Shown one piece after another: positions 44,880 through 55,490 of a stretch of DNA of 64,000 nt. Below the pieces are notes generated by a model, which worked only from the letters and a program-made list of their open reading frames with translations, did not search any database and had not been told where the DNA came from. The translations under genes were made by a program, and so were the position numbers. The stretch comes from Schizochytrium sp. TIO01 (lineage: Eukaryota; Protista; Bigyra: Labyrinthulomycetes). Position 1 is the stretch's first letter, and every line of letters starts with the position of its first letter. Location: positions 658,747-722,746 of the forward strand of contig SMSO01000037.1 in assembly GCA_004764695.1 (NCBI GenBank), in the 5' to 3' direction.

Positions 44880-45883
44880 ATGGGACCACCAGCAGCAGAG
44901 ATAGCTGCAGATGTGCGCTCTTTCCTTGCTGAGCTTGAGCGCGACGATACATTGGTCCCCTCGGCATCCAATGGATCTTTGCCTTCACCTACAGCAAACC
45001 GCCTGTCACTCTCACGCGCGGCGTACTCCCATGGTGCACTACTTGGAGGAAATGACCCACAAAAACTTAGGAAAGCAGATATGAAACGTATCGAGAATCT
45101 CGCCCGACCAAGGCGAGGACCAGGGAGTGCTCATTATACCCCTGGGGAAGTGAAACCATTGGTGAAGGGTAGACATGGTCCGAGCAAAGCATGGCTTGAA
45201 CAGCGTGCTCAACCTCGTAAAACAAGAACTAGAGATGATAATGATTACGAACCGGCAATTTACTTGCATGACCGTGGTGCTTGGAGTCAGCCCTGTGGAG
45301 GAAAGTTCAATGAATCACGGCCTAAGTCATGGATTGATTGGAACATTTATCTTTCTCGTAGCATTCCAGGGCCAGCTACATATGCACCCCACCTTGCGCC
45401 AAACCTACCAAAGGTAAGTTATCCAATATCTTTCGTTAATATAGAAAATCCGAACCAAGCTTTTACTAACCTCATTACACTTTGGATCGTTTCTTTACTT
45501 CCCTGGGACCGGACCGCTAGGGTGGCAAATTTAATGCTGCAAGAACACCATCTGCACTCGACATGGCCATTATGCGTGCACGAGATCTACCTGGACCAGT
45601 CTCTGCCTCAGGCCAGATCCCATCTACATTAGGAACATCTGGTGTGGGTAAAATTAATATGAAGCGAGGAAAGACTCACATTGATTGGGAGATCATTCGC
45701 GCTCGAGACCTCCCAGGCCCTGGCGAGTATAGTCGCCCCATGCCACCCACCAGCGGTGGTGGTGTTCGTTTTGGTAGCCACAATCCAAAATCGGAACTAG
45801 ACCGTATCATCTATAACGCTCGAGAGATTCCTGGTCCTTCAGAGTACTATCCAGAGCGTTCATATCTTGGCCGGCGTCTCTAA
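44880..45883 (+). CDS. SHIPPO/PGP-repeat (ODF3/STPG-like) flagellar protein; exons 44880-45413 and 45521-45883
   Basis: Four repeats of G.KF...KS.IDW.I..AR.LPGP..Y. The phase-0 intron 45414-45520 (AAG|GTAAGT, ACTAAC branch point, TAG|) joins the two ORFs in frame, giving 298 aa. Confidence 0.85.
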
Positions 45884-47496
45884 ATGATCCTCACCGCTTG
45901 CTCATGATGTCTGATGCTACACTTTTAGTAGCTGTAGCAGCAAAGACATTGTGTGTGCATAGGATCCAACCCTTGCGAGTAATGTTGTCTGATTAAATCA
46001 AAGAATCATAAGAATGACCAAGTTGATATCACTCGTAGAAACTGTTCTCCACGGAAAGGCTTTCACAGTCTAGTACAAAATGAAGCGCTGGCTCATGTTT
46101 GCTTGTGATCATAGTTGCACTTTGTGCCGAATTCAATAATTTCCACTTGCAAGTGCATAATTACTTTGCACTTTTTATCCTTTTATCTCCTTTCACCTAG
46201 GCTGTCTAGTTTTAAAGGGTATACGTGAGCTTGATATCCTCTCCTATTTGCACCATCTTGCTTCCTGATATGATTTACAGTATAATGATTTATTCTATTG
46301 TTATTCTCCTAATCTCTCTTATATTCAAATACTAATTCCCTATATTTATATCCTGTTGCTTTGCTTGAAAAAAAATGAAAGATGAGTGCGCAGGGATGCA
46401 AGCTCACGATTTGTGTCCCATTTCTTGAGATTACACTATATACAATCCACTGAATGTACGTATCTCCAAGTGTCTCTTCAATTGGCAAGAGGTAAATTCG
46501 TCAGCATCACCTGTGGATTTCTTCGGACCACACTCAAGATGCAAGGCTGCTTGCGTGCTAGGTTTAAACACCCAAAGGACCTGCTTTTTCCGACGGAAGC
46601 TCCTTTATTGTTTTCATCGTAGCCTGACTCAATGGTCACATCAAACTACCCCATTAAGTAGGTAGTATGTACCTAAAGCAATATTTCTTGCTTTTCTGCT
46701 TGCCTAGCTTGCTTGCTCTCTGGGCAAATTTCACAAGCCCATCCTATCACTAATTTCCATCCTCGTTTGTAAAAAAGTCGCGCTCGAGCTTCAAGTATCG
46801 ATTGAGACATTGATGTGCATATCATTCTATCCTGTTATGGGATTTAATCCTTCTCCTTACACCCCGTTACCTCTTAGTCTTATCTACCTATTTGCTACTG
46901 TCTGTACCTGGCAGCGAAGAGCCCCAACGCTACCAATAGTATCAATCAATTAAGCTCCACTCTTGCACTGGATATATATTCCCACATATCTTCCACTCAT
47001 CCTTTGCACCCCTTCGCAGTTTGTATGCTGTTTATGCTATCGATCCAAGCCACATCCACGTTTCCGTCAACTTCAGTCTCTCGAAGAGCTGCATTCAATG
47101 GCTTTAATCCACGAATCATTCACTCATTCACTCATTTATCAATCATCCAATCGCTGCTTGGGTTCTTCATCGCTTGGGGCTGAGCTACAGCTTTGCCTGA
47201 CGTACCCGTAGACTCTTGAGGACGCTGTACTCTGCGTTGTTGAACACGAGAGCACTGGAAAGCGAAGCCATCGTCTCATTTCCTCCAATAAGGAAAAAAG
47301 GTGGCGACTAACAAAACCAAATACAAATACATCTTTCAATCGCCAAGAAACAAGAAACGCTGCTTCGTCCGTCCTCGCCACTCAAGCCACAAACTTCTCT
47401 CTCCCACAAACTAAACACCCGCGGCAATGGCTTGTCTGCACTCCACTCTCACACGAGCCGTGGCGCAGTACTCCTCCAACGATCCATGCCACGATG

Positions 47497-47629
47497 GCGA
47501 AATGCAAATGTAGTGCAATGCAATGTAGTGCAATGAAATGCAATGCAATGCAATGCAATGAAATGCAATGCAATGCAATGCAATGAAATGCAATGCAATG
47601 CAATGCAATGAAATGCAATGCAATGCAAT
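47497..47629. repeat. (CAATG)n pentamer array with a 25-bp higher-order unit (AAATG + 4x CAATG)
   Basis: Directly visible. Confidence 0.9.
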
Positions 47630-48030
47630 CTTAACTTGTGCGTTCTAAGTGTAATGCGATGTAATTCAATGCACATCATTAATGAAGACACAGATCCAGT
47701 GGTAGTGCCTCCATAGGCAGTCCTAGCGGTGCTGATTGATTCTTGGAATGAATGAGTGAATGTTATTAATGATCAACTCGGAAAATAAAGAGAGAAATCA
47801 TTGGAACGAATAGATAGCGCCTGGTAGGCAGTAGTAGCGGCTAGCGAGGTCCTAGCAAATGAGGGGATCAATGCACATGAAGGAATAAGAGCAAACAACT
47901 TGAAAGGAAAAGAAATAAAGAAATGAATGATTGATTGATTGCCAAGAACAACGAGAGTTGGCTCTGCAGCGCTAGCTCGATCCGATCGAGCTGGCAGAAC
48001 CTCTCTACGTGGCTTTCGACTGGAACCACG

Positions 48031-51024
48031 ATGCTCTCGAGGATTGTTCGGGTTGGGGCCCGTCGTGGCCCTCCCGCGCTGCTGGCACGACCTGCTCCGT
48101 CGCCTCTGCTGGCGCTCTCGCACCAGACAGGGCTGCCATGGCCACCCATGATCAGGTCCAGGACCTTGGCCATCTCGCGTAATACCAACGGGGGCGCCAA
48201 TAGAGGCGGCCGAGGTGGATCTCAGCAGCAGTCGCAGCGCCGCACCAACAACAACAATAACAACGGCAATAACAACGGCAACAATAACAATAACAACAGA
48301 GGCGGTGGCGGCAACCATTATGGAGGCCAGCGCCGCAACAACAACAATAATGGTAATAATACCAGCAGCAACAACAGCAACAACAACAACAACAACAACA
48401 ACAATCGAGGAGGCAACGGCCCAATGCAGCGTCGCGTGAACAACGGAGGCAACAACAACAACCGCAGCAATGGTGGCAACAATGGCGGTAACAACAACAA
48501 TCGCAGCAATGGTGGCAACAATGGCGGTAACAACAACAATCGCAACTATGCTGGCAACAACAACAACAACAACCGCAACAACGGCAACAACAACCGCGGA
48601 GGGAACAACAATCGTGGCGGAAGCAACAACAACAACAACAGCAACAACAGGAACTTGAACGCCATGGCAGCACGTGCCGGAGCCAACAGGAGTGCAGGTG
48701 GCGGTAATGCTGGCGCCGCAGCAGCCAATGAGCTCAATTATGCCAACGAAGTAGACAATGCTGAATATCAAGACTCTTATGATGATATGGAGTCACAGGA
48801 TGACTTCGACTCCTCGGACTCTGAAGTAACGAAAAACAAATTCACCAAGAAGAAGCGCTTCCAGAGAGAATATACGAAGAAATACGATGAAGAGGAAGCC
48901 TCCAAAGCTATCAAGGAGGAAGGCCGCAAGACTGCCAAAGTTCAGCGTAAGAAGGCTAAAGCTGCAGCAGCACCTAAGCCAACCACTGTAAAGGTGGTTG
49001 TGAACCTCCCTGAGAACCTTACTGTGCGCGAATTGTCGCTTCGTAGTGGAATTCAAACGCGCCAGATTATCACGAAGTTGGTTGAAATTGGAGGCCTTGA
49101 GAGTGATGGATCTGCAACTACCCAGGATGAAAAAGACTCTGGTGTCAAAGTAAGAACGAAGATCTCTGGGTACATGCTTCGTCAGCTCAAGTTTGAGCAA
49201 AAAAGCGGACGTCGCAAGTCTCGTATTGCTCAGCAAGAAGTCTCAGCCGTCGCTGAGGCCCTCACCATCAACACTGACGTGGCAGAGCTCCTCATGATGG
49301 AGTTTGGCGTGGAGACCAAGCGCGAATCAAACCGAATCAAGGATGAGGTTCGCACAGATCCAGATGTGGCTGCCCTTGAAAAGAATGTCAAGCTTGAGCC
49401 GCGCAGCCCCATCGTTACTGTTATGGGCCATGTCGATCACGGTAAGACCTCGCTCCTTGATGCTTTGCGTAACACCGATGTGGCCAAGGGTGAAGCTGGT
49501 GGAATTACTCAGAGTGTCGGTGCCTTCAAATTCAACATTCAAGATCAATCTATTGTGTTTCTTGATACCCCTGGTCATGAAGCCTTCACAAGTATGCGTC
49601 GTTGTGGTACCCTCCTGACTGATGTGGTTGTCCTTGTGATTGCAGCTACCGATGGTGTGAGGCCACAAACTCTCGAGTCCATCGAAATGGCCCGTGCTGC
49701 TGGAGTACCCATGATTATTGCGGTCTCCAAGGTTGACATGCCAGGCATCAACGAGGAAGATTCGCTTTCCCGTATTTCAAGTGAGTTGACAGGACACGAT
49801 GTCTTTACAGAATTACACGGTGGTTCTGTTCAGATTATTCCTATCGCTGCGCCATCTGGCCGTGGCCTGGGCGATTTGTCAGAAGCAATTCTTTTACAGG
49901 CTTCTGAAATGAACCTTATGGCAGACACGAAGAGCCGTGGCGAAGCTGTTGTTCTTGAGTCACGTATTGACCAGGGAATGGGTGGCGTCGCAGATGTGGT
50001 TACACGCTGGGGTACCCTTAAGGTCGGAGACCACGTTGTCTGTGGCGAGCAGAGTGCTCGTGTGCGTCAATTACTGGACACTGTGACTGCTGCCCCGTTG
50101 AAGGCTGCTCCGCCAGCAACTCCGGTACGACTGATTGGCTTCAAAGAACCTCCCGCACCTGCGTCTGATATTCTTGTGGTACCGAACGCGAAGCGTGCTC
50201 GTGAAGTTGTGGAACTTCGTGCCAAACGGCGCAAGGATATTGAGGCCGAGGCTATGGACAGGGCCAACTTTGAGGCTGCACAGAGTTCTCAGGCAGCTCA
50301 TTCTCGCGGTAAATCGGGTGATGCTGATGAGAAATCTGACGAAAAGCCTGACATTACTGTAAAGGTTGTGCCGATCATTCTTAAGGCTGATACTGATGGT
50401 TCATTGGAGGCTCTTCGTTACTCTGTGGAGGGTATGTCATTGGAGTTTATTCAAGCTCTTGAGGAGCGTGGTGTGGTCGTTTCCGATGCTAACGAAGCTG
50501 GCCTCAAGGTTATTCGTCGCGGTGTTGGTCCTATTACTGCGTCCGACGTGGAGTTGGCCAAGACCTTTGATGCTCACATCTTTGCCTTCAACGTTCGTGC
50601 ACCAAACTCGGTGATGCGAGAGGCAGAGAGTGCGAATGTTCAGGTGAACACACAGTCTGTTATTTACCATCTTATGGACGATATGAAGAAGCTCGTCGAT
50701 GAGGAGTTGACGAGTGGTTCAACGATCAAGGTGCTTGGTTCTGCCAAGGTGCTTCAGATCTTCAAGATGAACCCGCGCAATAGGCGCGAAGGCGAATGGC
50801 TTGTGGCCGGTTGCAGCGTCGAAAGTGGAGAGATTGCGAAGTCAAGTCGTCTGCGTGTGCGCAGAGGTGAGGACATTATCCACGTTGGTGGTCTTGATTC
50901 GCTGCGCCACTTCAAGGATGATGTTGGCAAGGTGAAACAAGGCCAGGAGTGCGGTATTACCTTGTCTGCCTTCCAAGACTTCAAGGAAGGTGATATTATT
51001 GAGGCCTATGTTGAAGAAAAGTAA
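48031..51024 (+). CDS. MTIF2: Mitochondrial translation initiation factor IF-2
   Basis: The ATG at 48031 starts an Arg-rich, acid-free presequence. G-domain MGHVDHGKTSLLD, GGITQ and DTPGHEAF; ILKADTDGSLEAL; C-terminal SLRHFKDDV..V..GQECGI. Confidence 0.93.
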   Translation: MLSRIVRVGARRGPPALLARPAPSPLLALSHQTGLPWPPMIRSRTLAISRNTNGGANRGGRGGSQQQSQRRTNNNNNNGNNNGNNNNNNRGGGGNHYGGQRRNNNNNGNNTSSNNSNNNNNNNNNRGGNGPMQRRVNNGGNNNNRSNGGNNGGNNNNRSNGGNNGGNNNNRNYAGNNNNNNRNNGNNNRGGNNNRGGSNNNNNSNNRNLNAMAARAGANRSAGGGNAGAAAANELNYANEVDNAEYQDSYDDMESQDDFDSSDSEVTKNKFTKKKRFQREYTKKYDEEEASKAIKEEGRKTAKVQRKKAKAAAAPKPTTVKVVVNLPENLTVRELSLRSGIQTRQIITKLVEIGGLESDGSATTQDEKDSGVKVRTKISGYMLRQLKFEQKSGRRKSRIAQQEVSAVAEALTINTDVAELLMMEFGVETKRESNRIKDEVRTDPDVAALEKNVKLEPRSPIVTVMGHVDHGKTSLLDALRNTDVAKGEAGGITQSVGAFKFNIQDQSIVFLDTPGHEAFTSMRRCGTLLTDVVVLVIAATDGVRPQTLESIEMARAAGVPMIIAVSKVDMPGINEEDSLSRISSELTGHDVFTELHGGSVQIIPIAAPSGRGLGDLSEAILLQASEMNLMADTKSRGEAVVLESRIDQGMGGVADVVTRWGTLKVGDHVVCGEQSARVRQLLDTVTAAPLKAAPPATPVRLIGFKEPPAPASDILVVPNAKRAREVVELRAKRRKDIEAEAMDRANFEAAQSSQAAHSRGKSGDADEKSDEKPDITVKVVPIILKADTDGSLEALRYSVEGMSLEFIQALEERGVVVSDANEAGLKVIRRGVGPITASDVELAKTFDAHIFAFNVRAPNSVMREAESANVQVNTQSVIYHLMDDMKKLVDEELTSGSTIKVLGSAKVLQIFKMNPRNRREGEWLVAGCSVESGEIAKSSRLRVRRGEDIIHVGGLDSLRHFKDDVGKVKQGQECGITLSAFQDFKEGDIIEAYVEEK

Positions 51025-51989
51025 ATCTTGTACTGATTGAATGGCCGCACATCATTGCTTCTTCTTGAATACATGTATTCGGCTACCCTTACACCCACTG
51101 TGCTCTCTATCTGAGGTGCTCGCGTTCCCGTCCAAAGTTATGTTGCTGTTGTATACCAACGTTAGAGAGCTTTGCTTGCAAGTTAGCAGAATGTTTTTAA
51201 AGACCGACTCTTAAAAAAGATATATCCATTTTTTTGAAACCAAAGTAAAAGCAAAGGTTATCTATCTATCTCTTCCCTGTTCTCAACCAGCGCGCAAACA
51301 AGATCTGTTTTCACGTCCTTAGCTGTATTTTTTTTATGAAGCAATTGCACTGTAATCTATATGACGATAATTTCCATGTATTTCTGATCCGTGGTACTTT
51401 TGCAGGTCTACTGTAATGAAATGCACTTCATCTTGAGGATAGATCTCAACAAAGACGACGTTGTTGAGAAAGAAAGAACACCATTCTTGAACAAGGCATG
51501 TAACAAAAATAGTGTTGATTTATCAGAGAAAGATTTTTAGAAAGATTGTATGTGTAGAGTTTATGTTTTTGTCATGTCGTCTTTATGATGTGGATAGTTG
51601 GTTGGATTTCGTTGATTAGTATGAAATCTGTCCATGCGAAGATGCGATTTTCTTTTTGAAATACAACGTTTAGAGTGCAATCTGTTGTTGGGACCATTCG
51701 CCATTTTTGGTTTTTGTTTTGTTTGCCTTTTACGTTGCAAGTCCTAGTGCGCCCACTCTTACATGGGTGAGAATGACACTTATAGGAAAGCGAAAGAGAA
51801 AGAGAAGAAGAATAGCAACAACATCAACATAAGAAGTGTGATAATTATGTTGCGCAAATCCCGTCAATTGCACGTTTTTACTCGCGCTCGCAAGCCCATT
51901 TATACCAGGCCGGTGCGCTGTGGGTAGAGTCGTTTAATGTTGAGTAGTTGTGAAGAGATTTTTGTCCGGCGAAATTGTGTCGAGCTTCT

Positions 51990-52991
51990 TTAAAAGAGGA
52001 TACCATCAGAGCCGTTCCATGTGTCCATGTACTTACAAAGCATTGGGCTGACGACACCTCCATAGGGTGTGCACTTGTCTCTGACGGGGCATCCTCCACA
52101 CGGTGTTTCTGTAGTGAACTGGTTCGCTCTGATGGGCGGGGGTGTTTGCCAGCGGATAGAGTCAAAGGTAAACTCTGTGAGAGGGCGCATTTCCTGGCGG
52201 TGCAACTCAATCTTTCCATCCCAGTACAGAGTTTGGAGAACGCTTCGCAGATCACTGATTTCCAATTCTTGCTTGGTTGCCTGGAGGTCCATGAGTGTCT
52301 GATGCAGCTCGATCAGCGATGCTCCGCCATCATTCTCCTTACGTTGAATCAGATGCCTCAAGGCACTGGAGACTTGCTCCACAAATGCAGAATCAAATTC
52401 CTGTTCCTCGTACCAGGGTCCTCCAGTGTGTTCTCTGAGCGGCGTCACGTCATAAGTTACATACAAGTTCATTGTCTTGCTTGCAATCGTCTTGACAGCT
52501 TTAACCAATTTACGCGTTTCTAGAGATCTCAAGGCTCTTGTGAGAGCACCCTGTACAATTCCTGTGGATCTCTTGAGGTCCTTTTTATAGATTCCCTTTT
52601 GGCCAGCTTTACGAACCTCTTGGAAAACGAGCAGCTGTTCTTGCGTGGCCCCTTCGAGGGCCCTTGCTTCTTCGGGATTCCGCTTCACCCAGAGGACTTC
52701 TCCAGAGGCAGGCAAGGTCAGCATCACCAAGTAATGGTTTTCTTGAAAGAAGTTACAAGCCTCGATGACCTGTGCCTCCATTCCAACGTTTCCTTCAGCT
52801 TCATTTGCGCCAAATTTGGCCTTGATGTCCGCGAGCGAAATGCGATGATCTTGCGGGAGGCTGTCCAGCCACTCCGCCACAAGGCGTTGTTCAGGCGTCT
52901 GCGCCACAGCCTGCAGGGAGTGCCCATGACCGAGTGGGTTTGACGATGCAGAAGCACCGAGGCCGGCCATGCCCATGCCTGAAGACATCAT
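51990..52991 (-). CDS. POLR3F: RNA polymerase III subunit RPC6 (C34/RPC39)
   Basis: Winged-helix region AGQKGIYKKDLK..LETRKLVKAVK, TGGPWY..EFD motif, and C-terminal Fe-S cysteines PCGGCPVRDKC..SPMLCKY. First ATG at 52991. Confidence 0.92.
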   Translation of the reverse strand: MMSSGMGMAGLGASASSNPLGHGHSLQAVAQTPEQRLVAEWLDSLPQDHRISLADIKAKFGANEAEGNVGMEAQVIEACNFFQENHYLVMLTLPASGEVLWVKRNPEEARALEGATQEQLLVFQEVRKAGQKGIYKKDLKRSTGIVQGALTRALRSLETRKLVKAVKTIASKTMNLYVTYDVTPLREHTGGPWYEEQEFDSAFVEQVSSALRHLIQRKENDGGASLIELHQTLMDLQATKQELEISDLRSVLQTLYWDGKIELHRQEMRPLTEFTFDSIRWQTPPPIRANQFTTETPCGGCPVRDKCTPYGGVVSPMLCKYMDTWNGSDGILF

Positions 52992-54299
52992 CTTGCAGCA
53001 GCAGTTGAAGGCCAACGACCGCACGCACGGTCAATGGCGCAAGGAATGGGCTTTTGGATGCCCAATCAATGACGATCAATCAATCAATCAATTCATCATC
53101 GATACTCAATCAACTTCTAGTGCCTATTATGTGTATTTACTAATAGTCCACGTTGAACCCAGTAGTCAAGCAATTTAGCATAGTTTTATGCGTTATTGCC
53201 TGGTCCACTGTTTTCTCTAGGTACTACTATTAACTATTGCGTACCTAGGCACAGTAATTAAAATAAGCTATTTTGCAAACTTTAGAAAGTTAATCTCGAA
53301 CTGTTAAGAGTTGGTGCAGCATTTGATGTTTTGACGCTTGATAGGAAGGCTAAAGAATATGGAAAGGACTTACTAGGAGAAACATGATGGCCATGCTTTA
53401 CTGATAAAGTTTGAAAACCCATTGAAGATATAGAAACTTATCACTTTGGGTGTAGGTGAATGTGGTATCGAATTGAATACTAGCATGCGAGCGAGGCGAT
53501 GCAGTTTTAACTTGCAGAAATCAATGGAAACAAAAACGATTCTCCTTGAGATGTCATGTAGGGGAGGTAGTAGGGGAGGTGATAGCATACGGTCTGGGAG
53601 AGACAGTAGAAATTCGTTGAAGGTGTCTGCATACTGCAATAAAATGCTTACATAAGGTTGCTTACCTTAATACTTAGATGTTCACTTTCATGTTTGCCGA
53701 TGCATAAACTAATTACTCTTTATTAATGAAATTGAGCCTGCGATCGAGCCTCAAAATCAGCGGTGCAGATCAAATTAAACTTCTCCTATTTAGTCCAGTG
53801 TTATATGCTTCAGACCCTTACAAGATCAAGTATCATCAAGCATATTTTACCAAATCACTCCACAATGCAGGCATGCTTACCAACACAGTGATTCACTCTC
53901 CAATTTTATTATAGGACATACCCTTTTGGTTGCTAGATGCGCAATACGATTCGCACCCGCATCCGCATCCTATTCGTCACCTGTTAATCAGAAATGCTCG
54001 ATATGTTTAATAACAGCTACCTTGTAACATCTGCAATTGCCTAGCCTTGGGTTATTTGAGATCAGACTGCTTCGCAAACAAATTGTTGTATGCTGTCTTT
54101 GGAGCCATGCTAGTAGGCTAGTGTTGATTGCCATACAAATTTGTCCATGGAAGCCTCAAGTAGCCGATGTGTCCACACTCTCAGTGCTTAACCCTTCTTT
54201 GTAAAGTGCTGGCGGGTGCATCTCGAACATGCATGAGAGATTGTCTTGAGCCAAAACGCATACTTTTTCAGGCGTTCATGAGGCCCCGCATCTCGGCAC

Positions 54300-55490
54300 G
54301 TGGCCGCTGTAGCCCTCAAGGTACAGAGTCTGCACTACCTAGCGCCTGTGTCCTCGCTGTCACAAATCGTATTTCTCAGTTATCGTATATGCCTTGCGCA
54401 GTCTGTATCCCGATCTCTTCAGGTCATCATTGGTCTCCTTCTCTCTAGCTCCTGCAGTTGTCGCCCGCAACCTGCAGAATTATAACAACTGTAAGCGCAG
54501 GCTTTGTGCGATCTTCAACCTCATCAAAACCATCTTAGTCGACGTCACAACCCTTGAGAATCAGGCCGAAGCCAGTTCCTGCTCCAATCGCCATGTCGGT
54601 AAGACGATTTCGAGCGGCACCTGAAGCACGCGCCGTTGTACGATCATGATGTCTGTCGCGTCGGTTCGTGCGAAGGGCTCTGTCTCAACTAATTTCTGGT
54701 GCTCCATCGCCGTTCCATATCGAACCCAAACAATTCAGATCGCAGCAATTGCAAACGTGCAAACGGAGAGACGTCGCTGGGCCTACGAAGCGTCTGGCTT
54801 CGAGCGACACCGATGCCCGAGCGGTGATTGACATTGGAAGCACCCTCAGTGCAGGTTAGGTTCTCTTGACGGGCTTCACCGTGTCTCGCCTTGCAGCACA
54901 GCACGGCACAGGACAGCACAGCATTCCACAGATTGCTGGTGACTTCGGGGCCAAAGGATCGGCCAAGCTCCTGGCCACGATCTTGGAGTTTGGGGACAGC
55001 GACGGCGATAGCTGGTTGTTGTTGGTGTTGTTGTTGGTGTTGTTGTTGTTGGTGGTGTTGTCGTTGCTGTTGTCGTTGCTGTTGTCGTCCTCCTCCTTCG
55101 CATCGTCGTCCGCGTAGTCGCCCAGTCCAGCCTGAGGATATCGCGATAACCTGCACCAGGCCCGACTTCGGGTTGAGTTGAGCTCGATCTCCGGTCGTCG
55201 CGGTGTCCACGTAGATCAGCGACTTGAAGCCATCGATCTAAGCAGCCTCTCTAGAGAATTCGAGAGGCGACTCTCGCATCGTGGCCAGTGCTGTGTGGTA
55301 ACGATAGCTGAGGGAGGACCTTGGCAGCATCAGCCGTTGTTCGTGATCTTGGACGAGATGGTCGCCTATGAGGATCGACGAAATGCCGTTCCTGATCAAT
55401 CGAGTCCCAGCCAATCCATCGATGGTGTCCTGTAAATCCAACGGCAGCGAGGGGTTTTCGAGGATGTAGTCATCGTGGCCATCGTTCGCT
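54300..55490 (-). pseudogene. Decayed coding-like segment; part resembles the dynein heavy chain AAA5 region
   Basis: GC-richer, protein-like translation broken by stops and frameshifts. YILENPSLPLDLQDTIDGLAGTRLIRNGISSILIGDHLVQDHEQRLML resembles the dynein LIEN..D..LG..I.IGDK.V...FRL.L pattern, by eye only. Confidence 0.3.

Noticed and set aside
47773-48771. 332-aa Val-rich and 173-aa Cys-rich minus-strand ORFs
   Set aside because: They are antisense shadows of the (AAC)n tract in IF2.
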